A DNA stretch of 64,000 bases from contig NIVC01000573.1 in NCBI GenBank assembly GCA_002269645.1, forward strand, positions 248,001 to 312,000, read 5' to 3'. Below, one piece after another: positions 17,501-28,400 of the stretch. Source of the stretch: Macrostomum lignano. Taxonomy: Eukaryota. Numbering within the stretch: position 1 is the first letter of the stretch; each line of letters opens with the position of its first letter. The translations under genes were made by a program, and so were the position numbers. The notes under the pieces are model-generated. The model worked only from the letters and a program-made list of their open reading frames with translations. It searched no databases and had not been told where the DNA came from.

Positions 17501-20500
17501 TGCACGGAGCCCCCTGCAGCTCTTACCCAACAATAGTCAAAAGCTCCACCCACCAATCAAAGATATTTCTTCACCTCTTACTGTGAATTTCAAATAAGAA
17601 GTTTTTATTTATACAGGTGGAACTTTTGGCTGTTGCTGAGGATAAGTCAAGTAGGGTTAAGACTAGTGCTAGGGCTAGCTAGGGTTAGGGTTAGGGATAG
17701 GACTGGCTAGGGCTAGGGTTGAAGTCTAATTGGCTATTTTCGAGCTGTAGAGTTCAGGAACTACAAATCTGCAATGCTATCTTAGTAGGGTGTCTTCACC
17801 ATGAGGGAAAGACAATGTGTGCTGCATTAAAACTGTCTCTTTTTTTCACAACAATATTACTTCAGTAGGAAAGAGCCCATTGAGATGATAGCTTGCGTGA
17901 TTAATGAAACCTGCCACAAGGGCCGCGGTCAGGTCCGCCTTCCAGACGCTGCGTCCAGAACTCCTTGTCCGAGCCTGTCTACTTGGTCGGGGACTCGGCC
18001 AGCAGGGGGTGGGGGTAGAAAGGGGGGCAAATATTGGCTCTATCTGGGACCTGGAGTCTTCAGCAGGGGTGTTTTATCGCTGTGTGGCGAGCAGAAACTC
18101 GCAGAATCGAGCTGCGGCCTCCTCAACCCCCCTCCCGCCCCCAACACCCGAGATGCCGGAAGACGCCAGGGCAGGAGATGAATGACTAAAAGTTAGCCCG
18201 AGGTAAAGAGGATGAGATGAATAATGGCGCTCGCACTGACTGACTGACTGACCGAGCAGTTTAAGAATTGACTAGCATGAAGGCTGCGGTTGACCTCAGG
18301 AACTGACAGGTCAAGCCCGCTGCTGCTGCCACCTGGCGGCCAGAAATTGAAGCAATACCGATGCACTGTTCGAGCATTTTCTCACCAAAGCGACTTACTA
18401 GTGATTTCTTATTAGAGGCAGGGAGCTGTGTGCACCTGGTGCACTTTAAGCGACAAATTGTCACCCAACCGGCGAGAGGCATTACTGCCCATTCTGCCAA
18501 CATACCCTGAGCAGACATACAGCGGCCCTAACTCGTACACACCACTGTGCTTTGGGGATTGGCCCTCAATGGCGTTAATTACACGAGCAGAGCCAAAGTC
18601 GATATTCCAAGAGCCTCAAATTATTATCTACAGTTTGGTTCTTACTCATGATAAACATAAAAAGGTAATGCCTAAGGGATAATTTAATACTTTAGAGATC
18701 CAATAAATCATCACTGAATCTCACCCTGGAGAATCTCTCATGACTGAATCTCACCCTAGAGAATCTCTCATCAATGAATCTCACCCTAGAGAATCTCTCA
18801 TCAACCAATCTCACCCTGGAGAATCTCTCATCACTGAATCCCACCCTGGAGAATCTCTCATCAATGAATCTCACCCTGGAGAATCTTTCATCAATGAATC
18901 TCACCCTAGAGAATCTCTCATCAATGAATCTCACCTACAGAATCTCTTATCACTGAATCTCACCCTGGAGAATCTCTCATCACTGAATCTCACCCTGGAG
19001 AATCTTTCATCAATGAATCTCACCCTAGAGAATCTCTCATCAATGAATCTCACCTACAGAATCTCTTATCACTGAATCTCACCCTGGAGAATCTCTCATC
19101 AATGAATCTCACCCTGGAGAATCTCTCATCACTGAATCTCACCCTGGAGAATCTTTCATCAATGAATCTCACCCTAGAGAATCTCTCATCAATGAATCTC
19201 ACCTACAGAATCTCTTATCACTGAATCTCACCCTTGAGAATCTCTCATCACTGAATCTCACCCTGGAGAATCTCTCATCAATGAATCCCACCCTGGAGAA
19301 TCTCTCATCACTGAATCTCACCCTGGAGAATCTTTCATCAATGAATCTCACCCTAGAGAATCTCTCATCAATGAATCTCACCTACAGAATCTCTTATCAC
19401 TGAATCTCACCCTTGAGAATCTCTCATCAATGAATCCCACCCTGGAGAATCTCTCATCACTGAATCTCACCCTGGAGAATCTTTCATCAATGAATCTCAC
19501 CCTAGAGAATCTCTCATCAATGAATCTCACCTACAGAATCTCTTATCACTGAATCTCACCCTTGAGAATCTCTCATCACTGAATCCCACCCTGGAGAATC
19601 TCTCATCAATGAATCTCACCCTGAAGAATCTCTCATCACTGAATCTCACCCTGGAGAATCTCTCATCACTGAATTTCACCCTGGAGAATCTTTCATCAAT
19701 GAATCTCACCCTGGAGAATCTTTCATCAATGAATCTCACCTACAGAATCTCTTATCACTGAATCTCACCCTTGAGAATCTCTCATCACTGAATCCCACCC
19801 TGGAGAATCTCTCATCAATGAATCTCACCCTGGAGAATCTCTCATCACTGAATCTCACCCTGGAGAATCTCTCATCACTGAATCTCACCCTGGAGAATCT
19901 TTCATCAATGAATCCCACCCTAGAGAATCTCTCATCAATGAATCTCACCTACAGAATCTCTTATCACTGAATCTCACCCTTGAGAATCTCTCATCACTGA
20001 ATCTCACCCTGGAGAATCTCTCATCAATGAATCCCACCCTGGAGAATCTCTCATCAATGAATCTCACCCTGGAGAATCTATCATCACTGAATCTCACCCT
20101 ACAGAATCTCTCATCAACCAATCTCACCCTGGAGAATCTCTCATCAATTAATCTCACCCTACAGAATCTATCATCACTGAATCTCACCCTAGAGAATCTT
20201 TCATCACTGAATCTCACCCTGGAGAATATTTCATCATTGAATCTCACCCTACAGAATATATTTTCACTGAATCTCACCCTAGAGAATATTTTATCACTGA
20301 ATCTCACCCTGGTAAATCTCGCGCCAGAGATTATGATTTATTAGAAAAATCACGGTTAGAACGGAATGAAAACCGCTTTAATCTCTCATAAAATTGGTAA
20401 AAGGGCACCCTACCTCAGCCGGGCGGGATGAGGCAGAGAGGCTGGGCGTGACTGCTCTGCAAATTAATTTGACTAAGAGCAGCGTGGGCCCCCCACCCCA

Positions 20501-23473
20501 GGTTGAATTCCCGAGCAGAGCGAACGCAAGTGAATCGAGTGAGTATGGCTTCTCAGAGTTCAGGGCTGCGTGAATTGAGTAGGGCTGGGTTCACATACGA
20601 GGGCTTGCTCGTAAGAATGCTGTAAATTCACTTAAGTTAATGGCGCCAACTTTTATGTCACAGGCACCACCATTTAGATGTCAAGTGGACACATTTTGTG
20701 TTATGGGTGCCATTTTGTGTGTCATGGGTGCCATTTTGTGTGTCATGGGTGCCATTTTGTGTGATTGGTTGCCATTTTGTGTCATGGGTGCCATTTTGTG
20801 TGTCATGGGTGCCATTTTGGGTGTCATGGCTGCCATTTTGGGTGTCATGGCTGCCATTTTTTGGGTGTGCTGGGTGTCATTTTGTGTGTCATGGGTGCCA
20901 TTTTGTGTGTCATGGCTGCCATTTTGTGTCACGGGTGCCATTTTGTGTGTCACGGGTGCCATTTTGTGTGTCATGGGTGCCATTTTGTGTGATCGGTTGC
21001 CATTTTGTGTCATGGGTGCCATTTTGGGTGTCATGGCTGCTATTTTTTGAGTGTGATGGGTGCCATTTTGTGTGTCATGGCTGCCATTTTTTGGGTGTCA
21101 TGGGTGCCATTTTGTGTGCCATTGGTGCCATTTTGTGTGTCATGGGTGCCATTTTGTGTGTCATGGGTGCCATTTTGTGTGTCATGGGTGCCATTTTGTG
21201 TGTCATGGCTGTCATTTTGTGTCACGGGTGCCATTTTGTGTTTCACGGGTGCCATTTTGTGTGTCATGGGTGCCATTTTGGGTGTCATGGCTGCCATTTT
21301 TTAGGTGTGCTGGGTGCCATTTTGTGTGCCATTGGTGCCATTTTGGGTGTCATGAGTGCCATTTTTGGAGTAGTAGGCGTCATTTTTTAGCTTTAGTGCC
21401 GCGAAAATTAGGGAGCCGAAAATGCGCCTGCGGTGCTCTAACCCAGACCGGGTACGCTTCTGGCTTATCAAAGGAAAAATGAACTCAACACTCAGCTTGC
21501 CCCGAGACGGGAAGAGAAAGCCAGGTCGGTCGCCGAGGGGGCGGCCGCCCAACTGTGAAAAGCAGCTGCCGCCATTTTCCCCTTGAAGTTTTCTTTCGCT
21601 ACTTCCGCTGCCGACGGCTCATTAATTAAATTGGGGGGGGGGGCTTGGCAAGGTAAGGCGAGGGCTCCGCATTGAGGCGAAGCCCGAAGTGAGCGGCGCA
21701 AGCTGCCAACGAAGCGCCAGGAGAAAATAAAATTTCTCCAAAAATGAGCGGCTTTGTTAGTAGGGAAATCAAAAAGGAGAAGGATACGAATAAAAATAGG
21801 AACAAAAATGTGAGAGAGGGAGGGCGAGACAGTAAGGGAGGGAGATGAAGGGAGGGAGAGGAAAGGAGGGAGAGAAAGGGGGAGAGAAAGGGAGAAAAAG
21901 GTTGAGCAAGGAGGGGAGAGGTAGGAAGGGAGAGGAAGGGAGGGAGAGGAAGGGAGAGAGAGGAAGGGAGGGAGAGGAAGGGAGAGAGAGAGAGGGAGAG
22001 GTAGGGAGAAAGGAAGGGGGGAGAGGAAGGGAGAGAGAGGAAGGGAGAGAGAGGAAGGGAGGGAGAGGAAGGGAGAGAGAGGAAGGGAGGGAGAGGAAGG
22101 GAAGGAGAGGAAGGGAAAGAGAGAGAGGGAGAGGTAGGGAGAAAGGAAGGGGGGAGAGGAAGGGAGAGAGAGGAAGGGAGGGAGAGGAAGGGAGAGAGAG
22201 GAAGGGAGGGAGAGGAAGGGAGAGGGAGGAAGGGAGGGAGAGGAAGGGAAGGAGAGGAAGGGAGAGAGAGAGGGAGAGGTAGGGAGAAAGGAAGGGGGGA
22301 GAGGAAGGGAGAGAAAGGTTGAGCAAGGAGGGGAGAGGAAGGGAGGGAGAGGAAGGGAGAGAGAGAGGGAGAGGTAGGGAGAAAGGAAGGGGGGAGAGGA
22401 AGGGAGAGAAAGGTTGAGCAAGGAGGGGAGAGGAAGGAAGGGAGAGGAAGGGAGGGACTTAACTGCAAGGCAGTCCGAAGACGCAGCAGGGAGGCAAGCG
22501 CCGCCCATTCCACTAGAGGAAGGGAGAGAGAAGAAGGGAGGGAATTGAGGGAGGAAGGGAGGGAGAGGAAAATGGAGCTGATGAGAAGTGACAATATGGG
22601 CTCTGCTTCCCAGATGGTACTACTTGGAAATTCTTACGAGGCCGACTGCCTCCGCCGCCGCTGCTGCCGCCGCTGCCGCCGCTGCCGCCAATGCCGCCGC
22701 CGCTGCAGGTGCCGCAGGAGCCAGCGGCAGTCGCGGCGGAGTTGCGATTCATTCGGGCCTGCATGATGCGCAGATCGCGCAGCGACTCCTCCAGGCGTTT
22801 CTCGAACACCTGCGCCGACGACTCGCCCGTTGAAGCTGCCGAAGTTCGTCGCTTTTGTCGACTGGTCGGAGAGAGCGGCGGCTGCGTCGGCTGCGACTTC
22901 GTCAGCGCGTCGGTCAGGCTGAACCGCTTGGCCGTCGAGCCGGGCGCATCAGCAGCCGCAGCCGATGGTGCAGCTGGAGGCGGACCGCCGGGCGAGCGGA
23001 AGCTCGAGCTGCGCTTGTGCCGGTCGGGCGATGACGGAGTCTGGAAGGACATGGCCTGGAATTCGAGGGCTTCGGGCGATGAGCTGGCGGGATCTGCGAT
23101 TGCCTGGGCTTCACTCTGCTCGCATTTTTGTACCTCTGGGGATACCCAGATTTCATTGGCTCTGGCTAAGGCTGGGAGGTGGGCGGACAGGCGGATCAAG
23201 GAGTAAAATAATCTGCCTACTATAAGGAATGGGATTTAGTTTGTTGAAATCCCCTATTCCGGCCCTTTTACTGTCTCAGTGCTTGCCTGCGGGTCTCTGA
23301 TATCCTACGGGCGGCACGGCACCCCCCGCCCTATCGTCCCCGCTCTCTCCTCTGTCCCGGACTCGAGCACTTCAATCTCGGAGCACTCTTGGGGGCCTGC
23401 AGAGTCAAAGAGAATGCAGCAGAGTGGCTGTATCTCGCTTCTCCTTACCCCGGGGCTTCTCTTCTCCACGCAT
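8517..23473 (-). CDS. Synaptotagmin-like tandem C2-domain protein. Exons on the minus strand: 23473-23449 (tentative), 23135-22638, about 15811-15632, 13470-13232, 12506-12456, 11942-11694, 9915-9667, 9594-9475, 8845-8517
   Basis: C2A: [35 protein letters not shown]|[33 protein letters not shown]2B: [20 protein letters not shown]..|[41 protein letters not shown]. Splice phases are consistent through the chain. One missing A near 9543 is needed ([11 protein letters not shown]). Linkage of the three 5'-most exons rests on phase compatibility only. Confidence 0.8.
10713..11220. repeat. 13-bp minisatellite (CATAGACAGCAAC / CATAGACAACAGC variants), intronic
   Basis: About 35 units seen directly. 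Confidence 0.92.
12860..13200. repeat. 23-bp minisatellite (CACTATGAGCACTGCCCCGTGAT)n, intronic, ending about 30 nt from the donor at 13231
   Basis: About 14 units seen directly. Confidence 0.92.
14068..15280 (+). repeat. 20-21-bp G-rich minisatellite (GGGGGTTGTAGCCCAGTGGA)n running directly into a SINE head
   Basis: About 60 units. The unit matches the SINE 5' end TAGCCCAGTGG. Confidence 0.95.
15270..15500 (+). mobile_element. tRNA-derived SINE, copy 1 (pol III A and B boxes, CORE-like central domain)
   Basis: A-box TAGCCCAGTGGTTAAAGC; B-box GGTTCGATTCC (15319-15329). These are followed by GTGTCCTTGA...CTTAACT...GCTTCAGT...CTGTAAAATGGG, which resembles the MIR/CORE-SINE domain. A related copy is at 37535. 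Confidence 0.8.
15865..16020. repeat. 21-bp minisatellite (AGCCATAGATTAGCAACGGGG)n
   Basis: About 7 units seen directly. Confidence 0.88.
16905..17018 (+). repeat. Interstitial telomere-type repeat (TTAGGG)n with TTAGGA and CTAGGG variants
   Basis: About 19 hexamers read directly. Confidence 0.92.
17020..17400 (+). mobile_element. Decayed 3' fragment of a non-LTR retrotransposon ORF2 (I-group, R1/LOA-like): post-RNase H region and C-terminal zinc knuckle
   Basis: Joining frames gives NAP.DCRQCRE...[53 protein letters not shown](L)PAFTQDR...LSDVF...LVRYL. This is a C-x2-C-x8-H-x4-C motif with the last Cys lost, in the usual context. Confidence 0.72.
17652..17720 (+). repeat. Second, degenerate TTAGGG/CTAGGG tract downstream of the LINE fragment
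   Basis: AGGGTTAAG...CTAGGGCTAGCTAGGGTTAGGGTTAGGGATAGG...CTAGGGCTAGGGTT. Confidence 0.7.
18705..20315. repeat. 30-bp minisatellite (GAATCTCACCCTGGAGAATCTCTCATCACT)n built from two GAATCTC half-units, with higher-order blocks
   Basis: About 53 units. The variant CCTACAGAATCTCTTATCA recurs every 4-7 units. Confidence 0.95.
20695..21370. repeat. 19-21-bp minisatellite (TGTGTCATGGGTGCCATTTTG)n
   Basis: About 32 units seen directly. Confidence 0.92.
21830..22460. repeat. Polypurine (G/A) low-complexity repeat, intronic
   Basis: Almost pure GGAAGGGAGAGAGA-type runs. Confidence 0.9.
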
Positions 23474-25103
23474 TATCTGGGACACGCGGGCGGAAGGTCC
23501 CCCCCGAGCCCTCAGCCAGATGAAAACGAATTTTTTGCCTTGCTAACCAAAAAATTGCAATCCCACAGCCGGCATGCTGGCCACAGTTCATTAGCGACTC
23601 GGCCGGGAGCATTGTGGGCGGCAACTGCACGCCTTCGCTCCTTATCTCTTTCCGCTCACTTCCCCCTGGCCTGCCAAAATGCAATCAAAATTATCAGCTC
23701 TCATAAATTCACTATTACATCTTTTTTGATGGACAGCTACTCCCATCATTTATAGTCGTCATGCATTCGTGACGGCTTTCAGGAAGTTCTCGGGCAAACT
23801 TTCATGCTTATAATAAACAACGCCCAATGATCCAGTTCAGCATAGTTATTTTTTATTTAAACTAATTTTAATTAACAAACGTAATTTTGTACATTGAAAT
23901 TAGCTAACCTAAATAATATATGAAAAAATACGACGTATTTTACAAACGCTTAATACAGATGAGATAAAGTATTTCACATTTCACATTATAACTGATCGAA
24001 CATAAAGTACACGTACTCGAAAAAGTAGCTATAAACTTAATGAGGACAATGAATCGTATAATAGTTAAAATTAAAATAAACAACAATTATTATTTAGTTA
24101 TGTATTTATGTGCCGCGCTGGTGCATTTTGCTTTATTCATTTTTATTTTATTCATAGTTTCGTGAATAATATTTTGTGTTTTTAGTTAAGACGAAGATGT
24201 CGAATGAAATGGTTGAATGTTAATGTGTTTATTATTATATTGATGCATGCATAAAAAAACGAAAAAAACAGGAACATAATTTAGGTTTAATAAATTACTT
24301 GTTTTTTGTTTTTTGTTTTAAAGATAGTCTGCAATCTTGAAAAGTTAATATCCTGTTTCTTAGAAATTAACCAAATTGTTTCATTTTTGCCGGGAAAAAA
24401 TAGTAAAACCAAGTAGTGATTCTATATAAAAAATTCAAACATGATTTGATAAAATTGACCATTCGAGCGTCAGTTTTCCTGTAAAAATTTGATAAGAAAA
24501 ACACTGTGAAAGCGAAGCAAAAAAGTACAGAGTGCAATTTTATTCGGAAAATAATGGACAAAGCGATACTTAAGAAAGTACTTTTCAATGGTAATTAATT
24601 CATCAGCAATGTCTGCATGTCCACTCGGACCGTAGCTAAAAATGGTAATCGCAGGTGCAACACTCAAAAGCTCTCTTTCGCGTACGCATTTGCTGCAAAC
24701 ACCTGCACACCTATATGTGCCAAATCGTTCAATCTTGCAGAGAGCTAATTAGCAATTTTCAAGCCCCTGCTTCGTGCGACCCCCAGCGCATGTTGCTGAT
24801 TAGTCTAGAAATTTCTTCGTGCTTTCGAAGGGCAACTCCGCTGTCCATATTTTTGTTACATCACGGCATTTGAACGGATAGTCGCCAAGGTGTTTTTTTT
24901 AATTTTTATGGAATATGCAACTTGAATTTTTGGAGCATCTAACAATTTAAGATACGAGTAATTTAAAATAAAACATCCAATTTAACGGTAGTAAAAGCTT
25001 GACAAAAGGTATGACAAATATTTCTGTTGGTTTGAAACCTGCTCCCGAAAAGGGTAAAGTTTACCATATGATACTGGTCCCTAAGCCAACGAAAATATTT
25101 AAC

Positions 25104-28100
25104 TTAACGACCCCCGCGGCGCCTGAAGCCCCGACCACCGCGTCTGAAGCCGCGACTCCTGGCACGCCTGAAGCCCCGACCACGGCGCCTGAAGCCACGA
25201 CCACCGCGCCTGAATCTCATTCTATGCCGCCGATAGAAGCGTCTGCGATGATGATTCCGTGAATGACCATGGCGGAATCTGCGAGAACGGCGTCGGTTCA
25301 GGACATAGTAGCGACGGTGGTTGTGTGGCCGTTTAGTCCACGAACTGGTTGTAGCTGGCTCCTCCGAGGGACTGGGTACTGCTGAGGTAACTGATACTGT
25401 GCTGGGAGTTGGAGTGGTGGTAACCTCTGGCTCGTTCGTGTCAGAAGCTTGAGTAGTCTCAGGCTTGATGGTGTCAGGAGCCGGAGTGGTTACAGGCTCT
25501 ATAGTGCCACTGGATGAAGTTGACGCAGGCTGATTGGTGTCAGGAGCTAGAGTACTCTCCGGCTTGACAGTATCAGGAGCCGGAGAGGTTGCAGGCTCAA
25601 CGGTCTCAGGTGCTGGAGTGGTTGCAGGCTCGACGGTCTCAGGATTCGGAGAGGTTGCAGTCTCGACGGTCTCAGGAGCTGGAGTGGTTGCAGGCTCGAC
25701 CGTGTCGGGAACTGGAGTGGTTGCAGGCTCAACGGTCTCAGGTGCTGGAGTGGTTGCAGGCTCGACGGTCTCAGGATCCGGAGAGGTTGCAGGCTCGACG
25801 GTATCAGGAGCTGGAGTGGTTGCAGGCTTGACGGTATCAGGAGCTGGAGTGGTTGCAGGCTCGACGGTCTCAGGAGATGGAGTGGTTGCAGGCTCGACGG
25901 TATCAGGAGCTGAAGTGGTTGCAGGCTCGACCGTGTCAGTAGATGGAGTGGTTGCAGGCTCAACGGTCTCAGGATCCGGAGAGGTTGTAGGCTCGACGGT
26001 CTCAGGATCCGGAGAGGTTGCAGTCTCGACGGTCTCAGGAGCTTGAGTGGTTGCAGGCTCGACCGTGTCAGGAACTGGAGTGGTTGCAGGCTCAACGGTC
26101 TCAGGTGCTGGAGTGGTTGCAGGCTCGATGGTCTCAGGATCCGGAGTAGTTGCAGGCTTGACGGTATCAGGAGCTGGAGTGGTTGCAGGCTTGACGGTAT
26201 CAGGAGCTGGAGTGGTTGCAGGCTCGACGGTCTCAGGAGATGGAGTGGTTGCAGGCTCGACGGTATCAGGAGCTGGAGTGGTTGCAGGCTCGACCGTGTC
26301 AGTAGATGGAGTGGTTGCAGGCTTAACGATTTCAGGATCCGCAGTGGTTGCAGTCTCGATGGTCTCAGGAGCTTGAGTGGTTGCAGGCTCGACGGTCTCA
26401 AGTGCTGGAGTGGTTGCAGGCTCAACGGTTTCAGGTGCTGGAGTGGTTGCAGGCTGGACGGTCTCAGGAGATGGAGTGGTTGCAGGCTCGACCGTGTCCG
26501 GATCCGGAGTGGTTGCAGGCTTGACGGTATCAGGAGCTGGAGTGGTTGCAGGCTCGACGGTATCAGGAGATGGAGTGGTTGCAGGCTTGACGGTCTCAGG
26601 AGCTGGAGTGGTTGCAGGCTTGACGGTATCAGGAGCTGGAGTGGTTGCAGGCTCGACGGTCTCAGGAGATGGAGTGGTTGCAGGCTTGACGGTCTCAGGA
26701 GCTGGAGTGGTTGCAGGCTCGACCGTGTCAGTAGATGGAGTGGTTGCAGGCTCAACGGTTTCAGGATCCGCAGTGGTTGCAGTCTCGACGGTCTCAGGAG
26801 CTTGAGTGGTTGCAGGCTCGACCGTGTCAGGAACTGGAGTGGTTGCAGGCTCAACGGTCTCAGGTGCTGGAGTGGTTGCAGGCTCGACGGTCTCAGGATC
26901 CGGAGAGGTTGCAGGCTCGACGGTATCAGGAGCTGGAGTGGTTGCAGGCTTGACGGTATCAGGAGCTAGAGTGGTTGCAGGCTCGACGGTCTCAGGAGAT
27001 GGAGTGGTTGCAGGCTCGACGGTATCAGGAGCTGGAGTGGTTGCAGGCTCGACCATGTCAGTAGATGGAGTGGTTGCAGGCTCAACGGTCTCAGGATCCG
27101 GAGAGGTTGCAGGCTCGACGGTCTCAGGATCCGGAGAGGTTGCAGTCTCGACGGTCTCAGGAGCTTGAGTGGTTGCAGGCTCGACCGTGTCAGGAACTGG
27201 AGTGGTTGCAGGCTCAACGGTCTCAGGTGCTGGAGTGGTTGCAGGCTCGATGGTCTCAGGATCCGGAGTAGTTGCAGGCTTGACGGTATCAGGAGCTGGA
27301 GTGGTTGCAGGCTTGACGGTATCAGGAGCTGGAGTGGTTGCAGGCTCGACCGTGTCAGTAGATGGAGTGGTTGCAGGCTCAACGGTTTCAGGATCCGCAG
27401 TGGTTGCAGGCTCGACGGTCTCAAGTGCTGGAGTGGTTGCAGGCTCGACGGTCTCAGGAGATGGAGTGGTTGCAGGCTCGACCGTGTCAGGAGCTGAAGT
27501 GGTTGCAGGCTCGACGGTCTCAGGATCCGGAGAGGTTGCAGGCTCGACGGTCTCAGAAGCCGGAGTGGTTGCAGGCTCCAGGGTCTCAGGATCTGGAGAT
27601 GTTGCAGTCTCGACGGTCTCAGGAGCTGGAGTGGTTGCAGGCTCAACCGTGTCAGGAGCTGGAGTGGTTGCAGGCTCGACCGTGTCAGGAGATGGAGTGG
27701 TTGCAGGCTTGACGGTATCAGGAGCTGGAGTGGTTGCAGGCTCGACCGTGTCAGGAGCTGGAGTGGTTGCAGGCTCAACGGTCTCAGGATCCGCAGTGGT
27801 TGCAGTCTCGACGGTCTCAGGATCCGAAGTGGTTGCAGGCTTGACGGTATCAGGTGCTGGAGTGGTTGCAGGCTCGACGGTCTCAGGTGCTGGAGTTGCT
27901 GCAGTCTCTGGCTTGATGGTCGCTGCAGCTGGAGTAGTTTGTACGGTTACAGTTGTTACCTCTGGCTCGACTGTATTAAGAGCTTCAAAGGTGCTTGATT
28001 CCGGCTGGCTTGTAGTAGGAGTAGTGCTCAAGTCGGTAGTAGTCTCAGTTGTCACTGGCTTAGCGGTGCTCAATCCGGAAGTGGCTTCAGGGGTCGCTGA

Positions 28101-28400
28101 AGCAGTCACAGTGGCCGGTTGCTCCGTGATGAAGCCGCAGTTGATGATGACCCCGGCCTTCAACCCTTCAACGTACGCTATCTTGCCAGCCTCGCTGGCG
28201 CAGGTGTTGGAGCTCGGGAACGAGGCGCAGAAGTCAATCAGTCTCTGCTGGCTGTAGACGCCAATGCAGGACTCGCACAGTTTGATTCGCGGCTTGTTGA
28301 AGCACTCGTCCAGGGTGACGGACTCGGCTGGTGGCAGCAGCCTGCTGTCGGCCATGACGGAGGCCGCCAGCAGCAGCAGGTTCAGCCAGTTCGGTCGCAT
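25104..28400 (-). CDS. Intronless secreted mucin-like protein (1098 aa): signal peptide, small 6-Cys domain, about 74 x 11-aa PATTPAPETVE repeats, and a 76-aa Arg-rich C-terminal tail
   Basis: Uninterrupted ORF from ATG (28400) to TAA (25104). N-terminus MRPNWLNLLLLAASVMA is hydrophobic and signal-like. The 33-bp unit stays in frame and varies mostly at synonymous or conservative positions. Unique sequence lies on both sides of the repeat in the same frame. Confidence 0.88.
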   Translation of the reverse strand: MRPNWLNLLLLAASVMADSRLLPPAESVTLDECFNKPRIKLCESCIGVYSQQRLIDFCASFPSSNTCASEAGKIAYVEGLKAGVIINCGFITEQPATVTASATPEATSGLSTAKPVTTETTTDLSTTPTTSQPESSTFEALNTVEPEVTTVTVQTTPAAATIKPETAATPAPETVEPATTPAPDTVKPATTSDPETVETATTADPETVEPATTPAPDTVEPATTPAPDTVKPATTPSPDTVEPATTPAPDTVEPATTPAPETVETATSPDPETLEPATTPASETVEPATSPDPETVEPATTSAPDTVEPATTPSPETVEPATTPALETVEPATTADPETVEPATTPSTDTVEPATTPAPDTVKPATTPAPDTVKPATTPDPETIEPATTPAPETVEPATTPVPDTVEPATTQAPETVETATSPDPETVEPATSPDPETVEPATTPSTDMVEPATTPAPDTVEPATTPSPETVEPATTLAPDTVKPATTPAPDTVEPATSPDPETVEPATTPAPETVEPATTPVPDTVEPATTQAPETVETATTADPETVEPATTPSTDTVEPATTPAPETVKPATTPSPETVEPATTPAPDTVKPATTPAPETVKPATTPSPDTVEPATTPAPDTVKPATTPDPDTVEPATTPSPETVQPATTPAPETVEPATTPALETVEPATTQAPETIETATTADPEIVKPATTPSTDTVEPATTPAPDTVEPATTPSPETVEPATTPAPDTVKPATTPAPDTVKPATTPDPETIEPATTPAPETVEPATTPVPDTVEPATTQAPETVETATSPDPETVEPTTSPDPETVEPATTPSTDTVEPATTSAPDTVEPATTPSPETVEPATTPAPDTVKPATTPAPDTVEPATSPDPETVEPATTPAPETVEPATTPVPDTVEPATTPAPETVETATSPNPETVEPATTPAPETVEPATSPAPDTVKPESTLAPDTNQPASTSSSGTIEPVTTPAPDTIKPETTQASDTNEPEVTTTPTPSTVSVTSAVPSPSEEPATTSSWTKRPHNHRRYYVLNRRRSRRFRHGHSRNHHRRRFYRRHRMRFRRGGRGFRRRGRGFRRARSRGFRRGGRGFRRRGGR

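Noticed and set aside
10625-22594. Repetitive ORFs ([33 protein letters not shown] and similar) in introns of the C2 gene
   Set aside because: Translations of minisatellites or polypurine tracts, with no splice-compatible link to the gene.
25534-28257. Long antisense and alternate-frame ORFs over the mucin gene
   Set aside because: By-products of the 33-bp repeat. Only the 25104-28400 frame has a signal peptide and unique flanking domains.
23474-28400. Mucin gene nested in a longer first intron of the C2 gene
   Set aside because: A plausible in-phase first coding exon with ATG exists at 23473-23449; no evidence of further upstream exons.
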